64,000 nucleotides of DNA from Ylistrum balloti (GCF_031769215.1 NW_026782207.1:124001-188000), one strand, 5' to 3'; positions 36,801-47,733 are shown, counted from the first letter of the stretch. The notes: a model not told the origin generated them from the letters alone. Made by a program: numbers and translations.

Positions 36801-39800
36801 TTTTTACTGGTAAATATATTTCACTTATTTATACTGGTAAATATATTTCACTTATTTTTACTGGTAAATATATTTCACTTATTTTTACTGGTAAATATAT
36901 TCCACTTATTTTTACTGGTAAATATATTTTACTTATTTTTACTGGTAAATATATTTTACTTATTTTTACTGGTAAATATATTTTACTTATTTTTACTGGT
37001 AAATATATTTCACTTATTTTTACTGGTAAATATATTCCACTTATTTTTACTGGTAAATATATTTCACTTATTTTTACTGGTAAATATATTTCACTTATTT
37101 TTACTGGTAAATATATTTCACTTATTTTTACTGGTAAATATATTTCACTTATTTTTACTGGTAAATATATTTTACTTATTTTTACTGGTAAATATATTTC
37201 ACTTATTTTTACTGGTAAATATATTCCACTTATTTTTACTGGTAAATATATTTCACTTATTTTTACTGGTAAATATATTTCACTTATTTTTACTGGTAAA
37301 TATATTTTACTTATTTTTACTGGTAAATATATTTCACTTATTTTTACTGGTAAATATATTTTACTTATTTTTACTGGTAAATATATTTCACTTATTTTTA
37401 CTGGTAAATATATTCCACTTATTTATACTGGTAAATTTATTCCACTTATTTATACTGGTAAATATATTTCACTTATTTTTACTGGTAAATATATTTCACT
37501 TATTTTTACTGGTAAATATATTTCACTTATTTTTACTGGTAAATATATTTCACTTATTTTTACTGGTAAATATATTCCACTATTTTTACTGGTAAATATA
37601 TTTTACTTATTTTTACTGGTAAATATATTTTACTTATTTTTACTGGTAAATATATTTTACTTATTTTTACTGGTAAATATATTTCACTTATTTTTACTGG
37701 TAAATATATTCCACTTATTTTTACTGGTAAATATATTTCACTTATTTTTACTGGTAAATATATTTCACTTATTTTTACTGGTAAATATATTTCACTTATT
37801 TTTACTGGTAAATATATTTCACTTATTTTTACTGGTAAATATATTTCACTTATTTATACTGGTAAATATATTCCACTTATTTTTACTGGTAAATATATTC
37901 CACTTATTTATACAATCATCACCAAAGCATAAACCTTCTTTTTAAAATTTCTGGACAGACAGCTACAAACATTTAAAATAACTTTTTACAGGCCTAGAGG
38001 TTTGTCCACTGGCACAATATTCTGATTACGAACAACACATCACTGGCGACATTGCACTGGCGTTCCAACAGTACATCATGATGACACGAGACACACATTT
38101 CCTCAAGAGTGAGGGTGCAGCTGACGTCATTACAGATATAGCCTCGTTCTGGATGTCGCGGATGACTTATAATTCGGACGAGGATCGTTATGAAATATAT
38201 GGTAATTTTATATAATGACTATTATCTTCAGTAACTTTTTCTTTTTGATCCATTTTTGTTGTTTTTTCATTTCGTATAATTTTGATTGGTGGACTCAATA
38301 CTCCTGCTTGTATCATTTTGAAGCAACAATATATCATATTGATACAACTCTTTCTAACAATCAACATTGGATTTTAGCAGTATAATTATTAATTATTTAA
38401 CTGTACTGTATCGCAATCAAAATTTGTATCATATGCCTTTCAACACGAATTTTGATATCATATGAAGAACACACATTGATATGTGTGCTCTTAGTATGAT
38501 ACTCAAAACATAAAATATACAAAATATAAAAAAATAGATAAATGGATAATCAGCTAAACAATACTTAAGCAGCTGTGTTGTTGAAACTATGTTTTTATTA
38601 CAACAGATGTAATGCCCCCAGACGAGTACCACTACCCTGTCAACAACTCTGTCTATACTAATACTGTAGCTAAAATAAGTCTCCTTCTGCCAAAATACGC
38701 CCTACCCATGATAAACAGGACACCAAACCCACAGTTTGAGATGGTTGCCAACAAAACCTTCGTACCTTTTAATGATACTGGTGACTGGCACCCAGAATAT
38801 GATGGATATACACAAGGTAAGGCATTCAACAACTGATACAATATCATAGTTCTGTTACAAAACAGTTTCTATCACGACATTCCTGAAAGGGAACGCTACC
38901 CAAAACAATATATTTGCTACTGGATTTTAAAGTCTGGATCCGGAACCCAACTGAATCGTGGTATCTTTAAGGAATGGGTTGGAATTTACATGCCTTCTTC
39001 CCTGCGTTTTCTATCAATTCTGTTCAAAAACGCATAAAGTTTACTTCAGTTATTACAGAAAATAGAAAGGAAGGAAGCAAAGGCTTCACAGATAGCTATG
39101 CGACGAGAGACTTCCTCCTCAGAAACCCACACAAAACAGAACGAAATAACAGCAGAACAAGCAATATTACTGATGAGGCGCTATTCACAGTCATAAAATT
39201 AGTTTCATATCAAAATTAGATATAATTGGTTAAAATCTATATCCAACATGTAATATTCCCTGATGAAATTGATTGTTGAAAAATGTTTTTTCTTCCTATT
39301 TTCTGTGTAGATGAAATTGTCAAACAAGCGGATGTTGTTCTTTTGGGATTTCCTTTGTTGACCGATATGTCAGAAGAAATTCGGAAAAACGACTTAGAGA
39401 TTTACGCAAAGGTAAAATTGTTATATACTGCTAATAATAAAGTGTGTGTGTTTGAATAATCAATCATTTATATCATTTCCAAGATGCTAGATATTATATA
39501 ATTGATTTTAGTTGAAATTTAGTCTTACATATAATAGCAATATCTGCATGTCCGCTGTTTCATCGTAAGGACGTGCATTAATCAATTTATAACTACAAAA
39601 TATCTTTAAAATATTGAAATATTCCATTATATATCTATCCTGGGTCCGATATTTTATTTTAATTATATGCGACGCTATTGTTTTTGTGTCAGGTCACACC
39701 AGGGGGACCAGCAATGACCTGGGGAATGTTCGCGATAGGTTGGCTGGAACTGAATGATACGGATAAGGCAGAAAATCTCTTCAAGAAGCAATTCGGCAAC

Positions 39801-40434
39801 GTCGTTCCTCCTTTCAATGTATTGTTTTAGTTAAACTTCTATCACTTATCTTTTTATTAACGGTACAGAGATTTTTTTATCAAACCTTCGTTATCATAGT
39901 GTTTGAAACATTATTTTATATTGGTCATCGATCGGTACACTTCAAAAGGCATAATGTATTGGTATTTTTTCTATCTTTATTTCCGTTATGTAAAGCAGAT
40001 TCGATGTGAAATATTACTAATGAAGAGGAAAACATTCTCGTGTGTCATCTTTACTTATTCACAAAGCAATTGCTTTTTTTTAGATCTGGTCTGAGGTGGA
40101 GGATGGTGGAGGTGCCAGGAACTTCCTCACTGGCATTGGCGGGTACCTACAATCCCTCATTTTTGGTTATGGTGGGTTCAGAATATTTGAGGACAGGCTT
40201 CAGTTTGACCCTAAGTTGCCACCGGACACTTCTGCATTCAATTTAACAGGTGTTGATTACCTTGATGGGTCGTTCGACTTTTGTTTCACCAAAACTGATA
40301 TGTCTGTTACTCAAACAAAAGACGCCATGGGTGTAGTGAGCGTGACGTTGACCTTTACAGGTCAGACTCAGACGCTTAATATCGGGACGAAGGTTCAATA
40401 CCCCAGGGGTAAAGCCTACTTGTCAGTTATCTGA
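30884..40434 (+). CDS. PGGHG: PGGHG (protein-glucosylgalactosylhydroxylysine glucosidase, GH65), copy 3 (739 aa), catalytic residues intact
   Basis: Exons 30884-31104, 31430-31635, 32713-32923, 33216-33394, 33802-34022, 34520-34703, 37992-38201, 38607-38816, 39311-39411, 39693-39818, 40084-40434; 2220 nt, GT-AG. Motifs GHIFWDQETW, PWESA, PDEY (Glu 38624-38626), KQAD, GPAMTW and WSE (Glu 40093-40095). Hydrophobic N-terminus. Intron 6 carries the 27-bp array. Confidence 0.93.
32277..32564 (+). mobile_element. tRNA-derived V-domain SINE with 13-bp TSD
   Basis: A box TGGCGCAGTG, B box GGTTCGATTCC, V core GTGGGTTTTCCCCGGGTACTCCGGTTTCCTCCCAC, (TA)n tail. TSD TAAATATATGTAT at 32264-32276 and 32565-32577. 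The 5' 12-mer GGGTGGTCGGGT is triplicated. Confidence 0.9.
34697..37913 (+). repeat. 27-bp minisatellite (~119 units) derived from the exon 6/intron 6 junction of PGGHG copy 3
   Basis: Unit ACTG|GTAAATATATT(C/T)(C/T)ACTTATTT(A/T)T; the first unit overlaps the last exon bases and the real donor at 34704. Length 3217 bp / 27 is about 119. Confidence 0.97.
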
Positions 40435-40919
40435 TAGAACATTCCGATCGACCAGTAGTGTTTATAATTTATTATCTTTCGCAAAACTCAAATGAGTAAA
40501 TGCGTGTTATTTAATTTAAGATAAAAAAGAGAATAAAATATTAATAAGGTTGGTATTGTAAAATGCACAAATGCATCCGTTCACAAAGACTAGTTTGTAT
40601 ATTAAGAAATGATGAATAAACATATTGTTCAAGGATTTCCAACATTTTAAAGATATTTTGTTATTTTTGCTTAATATTCGATATTTTAAGGCCTGTTCCT
40701 TATACATCTTCATTTTTGTGCAAGATATCGGCAACTGACAGACAAATTAACAACACCGAGATTGCAGATTGATGAAAATTATGGAAAAGTTTAACGGTCG
40801 TCAGAGTGAAATCATTGAGAAATGTTTTATTTCTTTGTGTGATATTAAGTCTGTTGTGTTTGATGATCATTAGTATGGCTTCTGGTTCCGTTGATGTTTA
40901 CCTTGTTCTCATTTGGGAA

Positions 40920-41050
40920 CGTGACATTGACAAAGATTTACATGGCAGGTGTCGTCGATAAAGCGGAAAACGCTTACCCTTTCTGAACACTGAGTCATAT
41001 TCTCCTTGTACTTTTTTGAGTCTCCGTGTAAATATTTCTTTTGTTCTAAT
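40920..41050 (+). repeat. Dispersed repeat family A, copy 4
   Basis: ttgacaaagatttacatggcaggtgtcgtcgataaagcggaaaacgcttaccc...ccttgtactttttgag matches 9258 and 23420. Confidence 0.7.
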
Positions 41051-41334
41051 TTCACCATAGGTTTCATGTTCGATGTTGATTTGGCAAGACTGATAACAGA
41101 AAGGCATGGGAAATGCTATTCCAAATATAAGCTAATGCGCTGGAAATTTCAGCCGACTTCACTTGCTGTTTTTACTCGTTTTATCTCGTTGCATGACAAT
41201 ACATCAATGTTCTGTCGATTAAAAAAGTCAGTCACAATGCATGCAACAAGAGAGTTAGTGTTTAGGAGTAGAGTAACGTGTACAATATGACGTGGAGGTT
41301 TGCAGGATGTCGTCGTTTTATCTTGCGTCGATTA

Positions 41335-41783
41335 TGTAGTGAAACGCTAGTTTTATATTGTCCGTCTGCTCTGGTAGTCAGGTCAGGGTTCAGAGTTCAT
41401 TCTTTGTACATCGTGGAAAAATGCATCATGGGATATGTTTACGTGAAAGTCCAAAGGAAACAGACTTACGGATTTAGCAAGGCTTAGGTGACCCATGAGG
41501 TAACTTTAATACGGTTTAAACGTTTGAAATTTGATTAATTTTGTTGAAATATGTTTGTTTTGTGGCTCTAAAGGCAAAATATGTGCTAAGGACAGGTTAA
41601 TTTCTGTATTTTTCAGTTTTTTACCGCAGGTTGGGGCGCAAGCTAGGTGCAACCAAGAACCCCTACACTGTGTTTGTGATGATTGTGAACTATGGCTATA
41701 GGAACTAGGAACTTTGTATATGTAATAAAGGAAAGCATTAAAGGCGTTTAGTTTGTGTTTCTTTGGACTCACTCGACATCACA
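41335..41783 (+). repeat. 5' LTR (449 bp)
   Basis: TGTAGTGAAAC...CGACATCACA; AATAAA at 41724; no difference from the 3' LTR found by eye. Confidence 0.97.
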
Positions 41784-41794
41784 GTAAAAAACTC

Positions 41795-42679
41795 ATGGCT
41801 GAAAACCCGGGAAAAAGAACCATCAAAATGACGGAAAAGGCACATCAGGCATTTGAGGACACAGTCGGCAAGTATAAACATAGACTGTTAAATTTATACA
41901 GAAATTTAGATTGTCTCATAACTGATATTGAGTATGAAAATATGAACTTGGATGAATTAAAATCCTTGGCATCAGACATTACCCAATCATATGAATCCTA
42001 TGAACAAGTTTCAACCAAATTCAGTAAATATTTGGAAGAAAGTAGAACGGAACAAGGCCAGGAAGAATTATTATCTCATATGACAGCTGTGGAAACATTA
42101 AAATCCCAGTGTGACACGGTTTTGGACCAAATTCAATCATTTATTGACAAAATAAAACCAGTTCAAACTGTATCTGTGGTCGATAACATTTCACAGGGGT
42201 TTGTAGTCGAGGAAAATCCTCGGCATAGTGTAAGTGAATATAAAAACGGCGTTTCGGATATTATGTCAATAAAGTCGAAAACAAGTAAAACCTCAGTGCG
42301 TTCTAGCATAACTAACATCTCCAGGGTCAGTTCAGTATATATGAAACAACGAGCGAAATTGGAAGCGGCCAAAGTGAGGCTAAAATTTGTTGAGAAAGAG
42401 GCCGAATTGCAAAAATCCCTTCAGCTGTTAAAATCACAAAGAGAACTGGACGAGGCAGCAGCCGAGCTTAAGGCTATGGATGACGTTATTGACACTGGTA
42501 GCCCTATCAGACATTGTTCACAAGCACCGTCGGATGATGAGGAGTTACACAGGAAGTCTAGGACAGTTGAATTTGTGCAAAGTCAAGCCGAAAATTTGAA
42601 CACCGGTTATGAAACATTCGACCCCTATTCACATAAAGTACCGTTAAACGTTGAGAATTCACCCCAGGTCAGTGTGTAA
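41795..42679 (+). CDS. BEL/Pao gag N-terminal coiled-coil region (ORF1)
   Basis: ATG 12 nt after the LTR; MAENPGKRTIKMTEKA... followed by helical/coiled-coil and Ser-rich segments typical of Pao gag N-termini; ends in TAA overlapping ORF2. Confidence 0.8.
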   Translation: MAENPGKRTIKMTEKAHQAFEDTVGKYKHRLLNLYRNLDCLITDIEYENMNLDELKSLASDITQSYESYEQVSTKFSKYLEESRTEQGQEELLSHMTAVETLKSQCDTVLDQIQSFIDKIKPVQTVSVVDNISQGFVVEENPRHSVSEYKNGVSDIMSIKSKTSKTSVRSSITNISRVSSVYMKQRAKLEAAKVRLKFVEKEAELQKSLQLLKSQRELDEAAAELKAMDDVIDTGSPIRHCSQAPSDDEELHRKSRTVEFVQSQAENLNTGYETFDPYSHKVPLNVENSPQVSV

Positions 42680-45600
42680 CTGGACTGAATGATTTGACCA
42701 AATTTATGCTAAAGAAAGACTTGCTTATGGGTAGACTCACTCAGTTTACTGATAAACCCGAGGAGTATCGTGTCTGGAAAATGTCATTCCTAAATGTTGT
42801 AAAGGAACTTGATGTAAGCCCTCAAGAACAATTAGACTTATTATCGAAATGGTTGGGGCCAGAATCTCGAAAACAGGCTGTAAGTCTACGTGCTGCAAAC
42901 ATACACGACCCACCCCAAGCCTTGTGTAAAATCTGGACTAGGCTCAGTGAGAAGTACGGCGCGCCCGAGCAAATTGAGTTATCTTTGAGGGAAAGGCTAA
43001 ACAAATTCCCGAAATTAACGAACCGAGATGGTCAGAAATTGTTTGATCTTTCGAACATATTGGCGGAAATTCAGGCAGTAAAGGAAAACACGGCGTTCAG
43101 CTCGATAATGGCGTACTACGATTCGTCCAGCGGTATAAACCCAATTGTTTGCAAGTTACCCGTGTTCATACAAAACAAATGGACTGACTATGCGTGCAGA
43201 TATCAAACCGAGCACAATGTTACATATCCGAAATTCAGTGTTTTCGAGAGGTTCATACAGGAAATGAGCTCGCGAATGAACAACCCGAGTTTCAATTACA
43301 CCGATGGTACTGCGGTACCTAGCGTCAGCAAAGAACAACGTCGTACTGCGTCTACCGGAAGTAGGAATGCATACGTCTTTTCAAAGAAAACGGAAGTTAA
43401 TGTGCCTACAGCATTTTTGTGCCCACTTCATGACAGTGCGAGAGAAGTGAAGCATTTGTTATCAGATTGCCACCTGTTTCTATCGAAATCCAAGGACGAA
43501 AAGAGGGAAATTCTCTTAAAACACGGCGTGTGCTTTAAGTGTTGTAAGGACAAACATTTGGCCAAGGACTGTACAGAAAAAGTAATCTGTACTGTGTGTA
43601 AAGGTTCATCGCATTGCACTATGTTTCATGATGACAAATATCAGCCCCGTCAGTCTCACGGCGAGGAAAGGACAAGTATCAGGGGAGACAATCGTAAGAT
43701 AAATTCCAAGTGTACACAGTTGTGCGGTGAAACCGGTCCCTTCGTGGGGAAATCGTGTGCAAAAACGGTGTTAGTAAATATCTACAAGGACGGACAACTT
43801 AATAATGTGTTGCGTGCTTATGCCATTATAGATGAGCAGAGCAATCGGACATTGGCCAAAAGTGAGTTCTTCGATTATTTTGGAGATCATTCTACGGAAA
43901 CCGGATACGTACTTTCATCATGTGCCGGTGAAATTCAGGTAACCGGGAGGCAAGGCAGCGGATACGTAATGGAATCATTGGACAAGGAATACTCATTAAA
44001 ATTACCGTTGATTACAGAATGCAATCATATTCCGAATGTGAAACAGGAAATACCTACACCGGAAGTTGCACGACACTATAGTCACATGCAGGACATTGCT
44101 CATCTTATCCCAGAGTATGAAAACGATACGCCCATATTGCTTCTCGTTGGCAGAGATCTCATTTCGGCGCATCATGTGTTGGAACAGCGAACTGGACATG
44201 AACGTGAACCATATGCACAGAAATTAAAATTCGGTTGGGTAGTTGTAGGAGAATCGTGCCTAGGTCTCGTTCACAAACCTACGGTCATAACTGTGAGCAA
44301 AACGGTCGTTTTACCGGATGGCAGACCTACTCTCATGGATCCGTGTCCGAATTACTTCAAGGCTCAGTTTGAAAAATCCGATAAGTTGCCAATTGGAATG
44401 GACATATTTCAAAGAACAAAATTCGATGATATTCCTGGTTACTCGCAACAGGATAAGGAATTCATGCGTGTCATGGAAGGGGAGTTTATTAAGGACGAGT
44501 ACGGTAATTGGAGTGCACCGTTACCGCTAAAAAAGGAACGACCTACTTTGTCAAACAATATGGATCAGGCAAGGCATCGCGCAGAAAATCTACGAAAGTC
44601 GTTACTGAAAAATCCTACTAAGCGCGAACAGTTTTGTGCGTTTATGCAAAACATTTTTGACAAGGAGCATGCAGAGGTAGCTCCCGAGTTACAAGATGGC
44701 GAGGAAGCATGGTATCTACCGATATTCGGGGTTTATCATCCCCAAAAACCCAACAAAATCCGAGTCGTTTTCGATTCGGCGGCAAAGTTTAATGGACATT
44801 CACTTAACGACATTCTCATGACAGGTCCGGATCTCATAAACAATTTGGTTGGTGTGTTAATGAAATTCAGGAAGGAACGAATTGCGATTATGGCCGATGT
44901 TGAACAGATGTTCTTCAACTTCTATGTGCACAAGCGTGACAGAAACTTTCTACGTTTCTTATGGTTTCAAGATAATGATCCCACACAACCGCTAAGGGAA
45001 TTTCGTATGTGCGTGCATGTGTTTGGCAACTCGTCTTCTCCGTGTATTGCCACACTTGGATTAAGGAAATCTGCTTGCGACCATATCGATTCTTCCGCGT
45101 GCGACGAGGTGTGTTGTTTCGTCAAAGAGAGCTTCTACGTTGACGATGGGTTGACCTCTGTATCTGACGAAGGTCATGCAGTGCAGTTGTTGAGAGACAC
45201 TCAAGCTCGATTACGGCAAAACGGAAACATTCACTTGCACAAGTTCTCGTCGAACAGTGTTGATGTTTTAAAGCAGTTTCCAAAAGAGGATACCAGCGAA
45301 ATTTGCGATATGGACTTCGATGATATCGTTCATAGGAGTCTCGGACTACGTTGGAAAGTCGGTTGTGATACGTTCACGTTTAGTGTTTCTGATGAGGTGA
45401 AACCGTTCACCAAACGAGGCGTACTTTCTACAATACATAGTGTATTCGACCCCCTCGGCTTTGTGGCACCAGTTATTCTCGGAGGCAGACTATTAATGCG
45501 AAATGTGTTATCGTCAAAGGATCTTGACTGGGATGACCCTTTACCTCCGGACTTGAACTCTGATTGGAAAAAATGGAGGTCTTCGCTTAAAGATCTGGAA

Positions 45601-47733
45601 CAGTTAGAAATTTCGAGATGTTACTCCAATTCGTCATTGGAAAAGGCAATTCGTCGTGAACTACACGTATTCTCAGACGCGTCAAAGGATGCCATAGGCG
45701 CAGTAGCATACATGAAAATTTATGACGTACAGGAAAATGCTTCTGTTGGATACGTTCTTGGCAAATCGAAAGTAGCGCCTTCCCACGGACATACCATTCC
45801 AAGACTAGAACTATGCGCGGCTGTTCTTGCTACTGAACTCGGTTTATTTATATCCGAACACGTCGATGTTGTGTTTGACGCCACCTACTACTATACCGAC
45901 AGTCAGGTAGTACTAGGGTATATATTTAACGACACGCGCCGTTTCTTCGTTTATGTTGCTAATCGGATTGACAAGATTCTGAAGTTATCTTCCAAACAGC
46001 AGTGGAGTTTCGTTTCTAGTGAATGTAACCCTGCCGATAGTGCGACTAGGCCAATGCGTGCGAAAGACGTTGGAAAGTCAGTGTGGTTGAACGGACCCGT
46101 TGACGTCATGAGTGATTTGCAAAGTTCGTATAGAGACCAAGTATTTCCGTTGATCGGTAACGACGACGGTGAAATAACGTTCGTCAACGAAACAAATGTC
46201 ATGAAAACTCACGTTCGGAAGGACTTCGCTCTCGATTCTGACCGTTTCGCGAGATTTTCGTCATGGACTAGGTTGGTTAGTGCAATAACCTTACTGAAAC
46301 AAGTCGCGCATCGTCATCACAACGGAACAGACAATCCAGACGTGTTGCGTTTTGCTAACGATTCAAAGAACCTCATACTGAAGGTTGTTCAACAAGAGTT
46401 TTATTCGATGGAAATCGACTGTTTGCAGAAAGGACTGCCGTTAAACAGGAACAATTCTTTGTTGAAATTGTCGCCGTTTCTAGACGACGAGGGGCTCCTG
46501 AGGATTGGTGGTAGGATTCAGAATAGTGACATTGACTTACCTGGAAAGGATCCGATCATTGTCCCAGCAAAACATCACGTGGCTACTCTAATCGTGAGAC
46601 ATTATCACGAGAAATCGGAACACCAAGGCCGACATATTACGGAGGGTAAAATACGTTCTTCTGGTTATTGGCTAGTGGGAGGAAAGCGATTAATTTCCTC
46701 TATTTTACATCACTGTGTCGTGTGCAGGAAACTCCGAGGAAAGTTTGTGGAACAAAAAATGTGTACTTTACCGCAGGATCGTTTGACACCATGTCCGCCT
46801 TTCACTTACATTGGATTGGATGCGTTTGGACCATGGAATGTGCGCGCGAGAAAAACTAGGGGAGGACAAGCTAACGCAAAACGTTGGGCTATAATATTCT
46901 GTTGCATGGTATCGAGAGGGATACATATTGAGGTCGTAGAGGAGATGAGCACATCTTCCTTCATTAACGCACTGCGGAGATTCATCGCGCTCAGAGGACC
47001 GGTAAAGCACATTAGGTCGGACAAAGGATCTAACTTCGTAGGAGCCGTTAAGGAACTTAACTTGAATGTTATTGACGTCGAGGACAAAGCCGTGAAAGAC
47101 TTTCTTTCAGAGGAAAGCATCACATGGACTTTTAATCCTCCATATGCCTCCCATATGGGCGGATCTTGGGAACGGCTTATTGGTACCGTTAGAAGGATTC
47201 TGGACAACATGTTGCGTAATACTGACACTAAACACCTCACGCATGAAGTGCTTACGACTTTTCTAGCCGAAGCGTGTGCTATAGTGAACCAGCGACCACT
47301 GGTACCCGTATCTGACGACCCTGAAAACCCAGTGGTATTGTCGCCAAGTACTCTCATTACGCAAAAGACTGACGTTCCAAATGTAGATCTAACCTTGGTA
47401 GACTTCTCAGTGAAAGACATGTTTCGATCCCAATGGCGATGTGTTCAGGTATTGGCCCAGAAATTTTGGAACGCGTGGAGAAGAGACTATCTACAATCGC
47501 AACAAACGCGACAAAAGTGGAATCACGAACGTTCAAACTTGAAACAAGGTGACATTGTTTTGCTGAAGGATCATGACTCTCATCGTAATGACTGGCCAAT
47601 GGGAATTGTTGAATGTGTTTTTCCTAGTCACGATGGTCTTGTTCGTAAAGTCAGAGTTAAGACAATTCGTAATGGACGATCGGTTTCGTATATCCGTCCT
47701 ATTACTCAGTTAGTACTATTGATGGCAGAGTGA
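42655..47733 (+). CDS. BEL/Pao gag-pol polyprotein (ORF2): capsid-like region, zinc knuckles, protease, RT, RNase H, integrase
   Basis: Frame open from 42655. CFKCCKDKHLAKDC and CTVCKGSSH knuckles, AIIDEQSN protease, YLPIFGVYHPQKPNKIRVVFD and YVDD RT, FSDAS/TIPRLELCAA/TDSQ/NPAD RNase H, HHCC plus GLDAFGP/SDKGSNF/GGSWERLIG integrase, and a C-terminal FWNAWRRDYL...RPITQLVLL segment. Confidence 0.97.
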   Translation, partial: EFTPGQCVTGLNDLTKFMLKKDLLMGRLTQFTDKPEEYRVWKMSFLNVVKELDVSPQEQLDLLSKWLGPESRKQAVSLRAANIHDPPQALCKIWTRLSEKYGAPEQIELSLRERLNKFPKLTNRDGQKLFDLSNILAEIQAVKENTAFSSIMAYYDSSSGINPIVCKLPVFIQNKWTDYACRYQTEHNVTYPKFSVFERFIQEMSSRMNNPSFNYTDGTAVPSVSKEQRRTASTGSRNAYVFSKKTEVNVPTAFLCPLHDSAREVKHLLSDCHLFLSKSKDEKREILLKHGVCFKCCKDKHLAKDCTEKVICTVCKGSSHCTMFHDDKYQPRQSHGEERTSIRGDNRKINSKCTQLCGETGPFVGKSCAKTVLVNIYKDGQLNNVLRAYAIIDEQSNRTLAKSEFFDYFGDHSTETGYVLSSCAGEIQVTGRQGSGYVMESLDKEYSLKLPLITECNHIPNVKQEIPTPEVARHYSHMQDIAHLIPEYENDTPILLLVGRDLISAHHVLEQRTGHEREPYAQKLKFGWVVVGESCLGLVHKPTVITVSKTVVLPDGRPTLMDPCPNYFKAQFEKSDKLPIGMDIFQRTKFDDIPGYSQQDKEFMRVMEGEFIKDEYGNWSAPLPLKKERPTLSNNMDQARHRAENLRKSLLKNPTKREQFCAFMQNIFDKEHAEVAPELQDGEEAWYLPIFGVYHPQKPNKIRVVFDSAAKFNGHSLNDILMTGPDLINNLVGVLMKFRKERIAIMADVEQMFFNFYVHKRDRNFLRFLWFQDNDPTQPLREFRMCVHVFGNSSSPCIATLGLRKSACDHIDSSACDEVCCFVKESFYVDDGLTSVSDEGHAVQLLRDTQARLRQNGNIHLHKFSSNSVDVLKQFPKEDTSEICDMDFDDIVHRSLGLRWKVGCDTFTFSVSDEVKPFTKRGVLSTIHSVFDPLGFVAPVILGGRLLMRNVLSSKDLDWDDPLPPDLNSDWKKWRSSLKDLEQLEISRCYSNSSLEKAIRRELHVFSDASKDAIGAVAYMKIYDVQENASVGYVLGKSKVAPSHGHTIPRLELCAAVLATELGLFISEHVDVVFDATYYYTDSQVVLGYIFNDTRRFFVYVANRIDKILKLSSKQQWSFVSSECNPADSATRPMRAKDVGKSVWLNGPVDVMSDLQSSYRDQVFPLIGNDDGEITFVNETNVMKTHVRKDFALDSDRFARFSSWTRLVSAITLLKQVAHRHHNGTDNPDVLRFANDSKNLILKVVQQEFYSMEIDCLQKGLPLNRNNSLLKLSPFLDDEGLLRIGGRIQNSDIDLPGKDPIIVPAKHHVATLIVRHYHEKSEHQGRHITEGKIRSSGYWLVGGKRLISSILHHCVVCRKLRGKFVEQKMCTLPQDRLTPCPPFTYIGLDAFGPWNVRARKTRGGQANAKRWAIIFCCMVSRGIHIEVVEEMSTSSFINALRRFIALRGPVKHIRSDKGSNFVGAVKELNLNVIDVEDKAVKDFLSEESITWTFNPPYASHMGGSWERLIGTVRRILDNMLRNTDTKHLTHEVLTTFLAEACAIVNQRPLVPVSDDPENPVVLSPSTLITQKTDVPNVDLTLVDFSVKDMFRSQWRCVQVLAQKFWNAWRRDYLQSQQTRQKWNHERSNLKQGDIVLLKDHDSHRNDWPMGIVECVFPSHDGLVRKVRVKTIRNGRSVSYIRPITQLVLLMAE

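Noticed and set aside
34665-37595. 976-aa hydrophobic ORF (LLVNIFHLF)n
   Set aside because: A by-product of a 27-bp stop-free unit read in an alternative frame of the minisatellite; it starts inside PGGHG exon 6 out of frame and has no independent gene signals.
34697-37913. Possible CRISPR-like array
   Set aside because: Units are head-to-tail with no unique spacers, there are no cas genes, and the context is a eukaryotic intron.
41506-41772. 88-aa minus-strand ORF, duplicated at 48071-48337
   Set aside because: Lies within the LTRs; the duplication only reflects LTR identity, and there is no recognisable protein.
42163-47599. Multiple antisense and alternate-frame ORFs within gag-pol (up to 204 aa)
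   Set aside because: Expected shadows of a long, relatively GC-rich coding sequence; no motifs.
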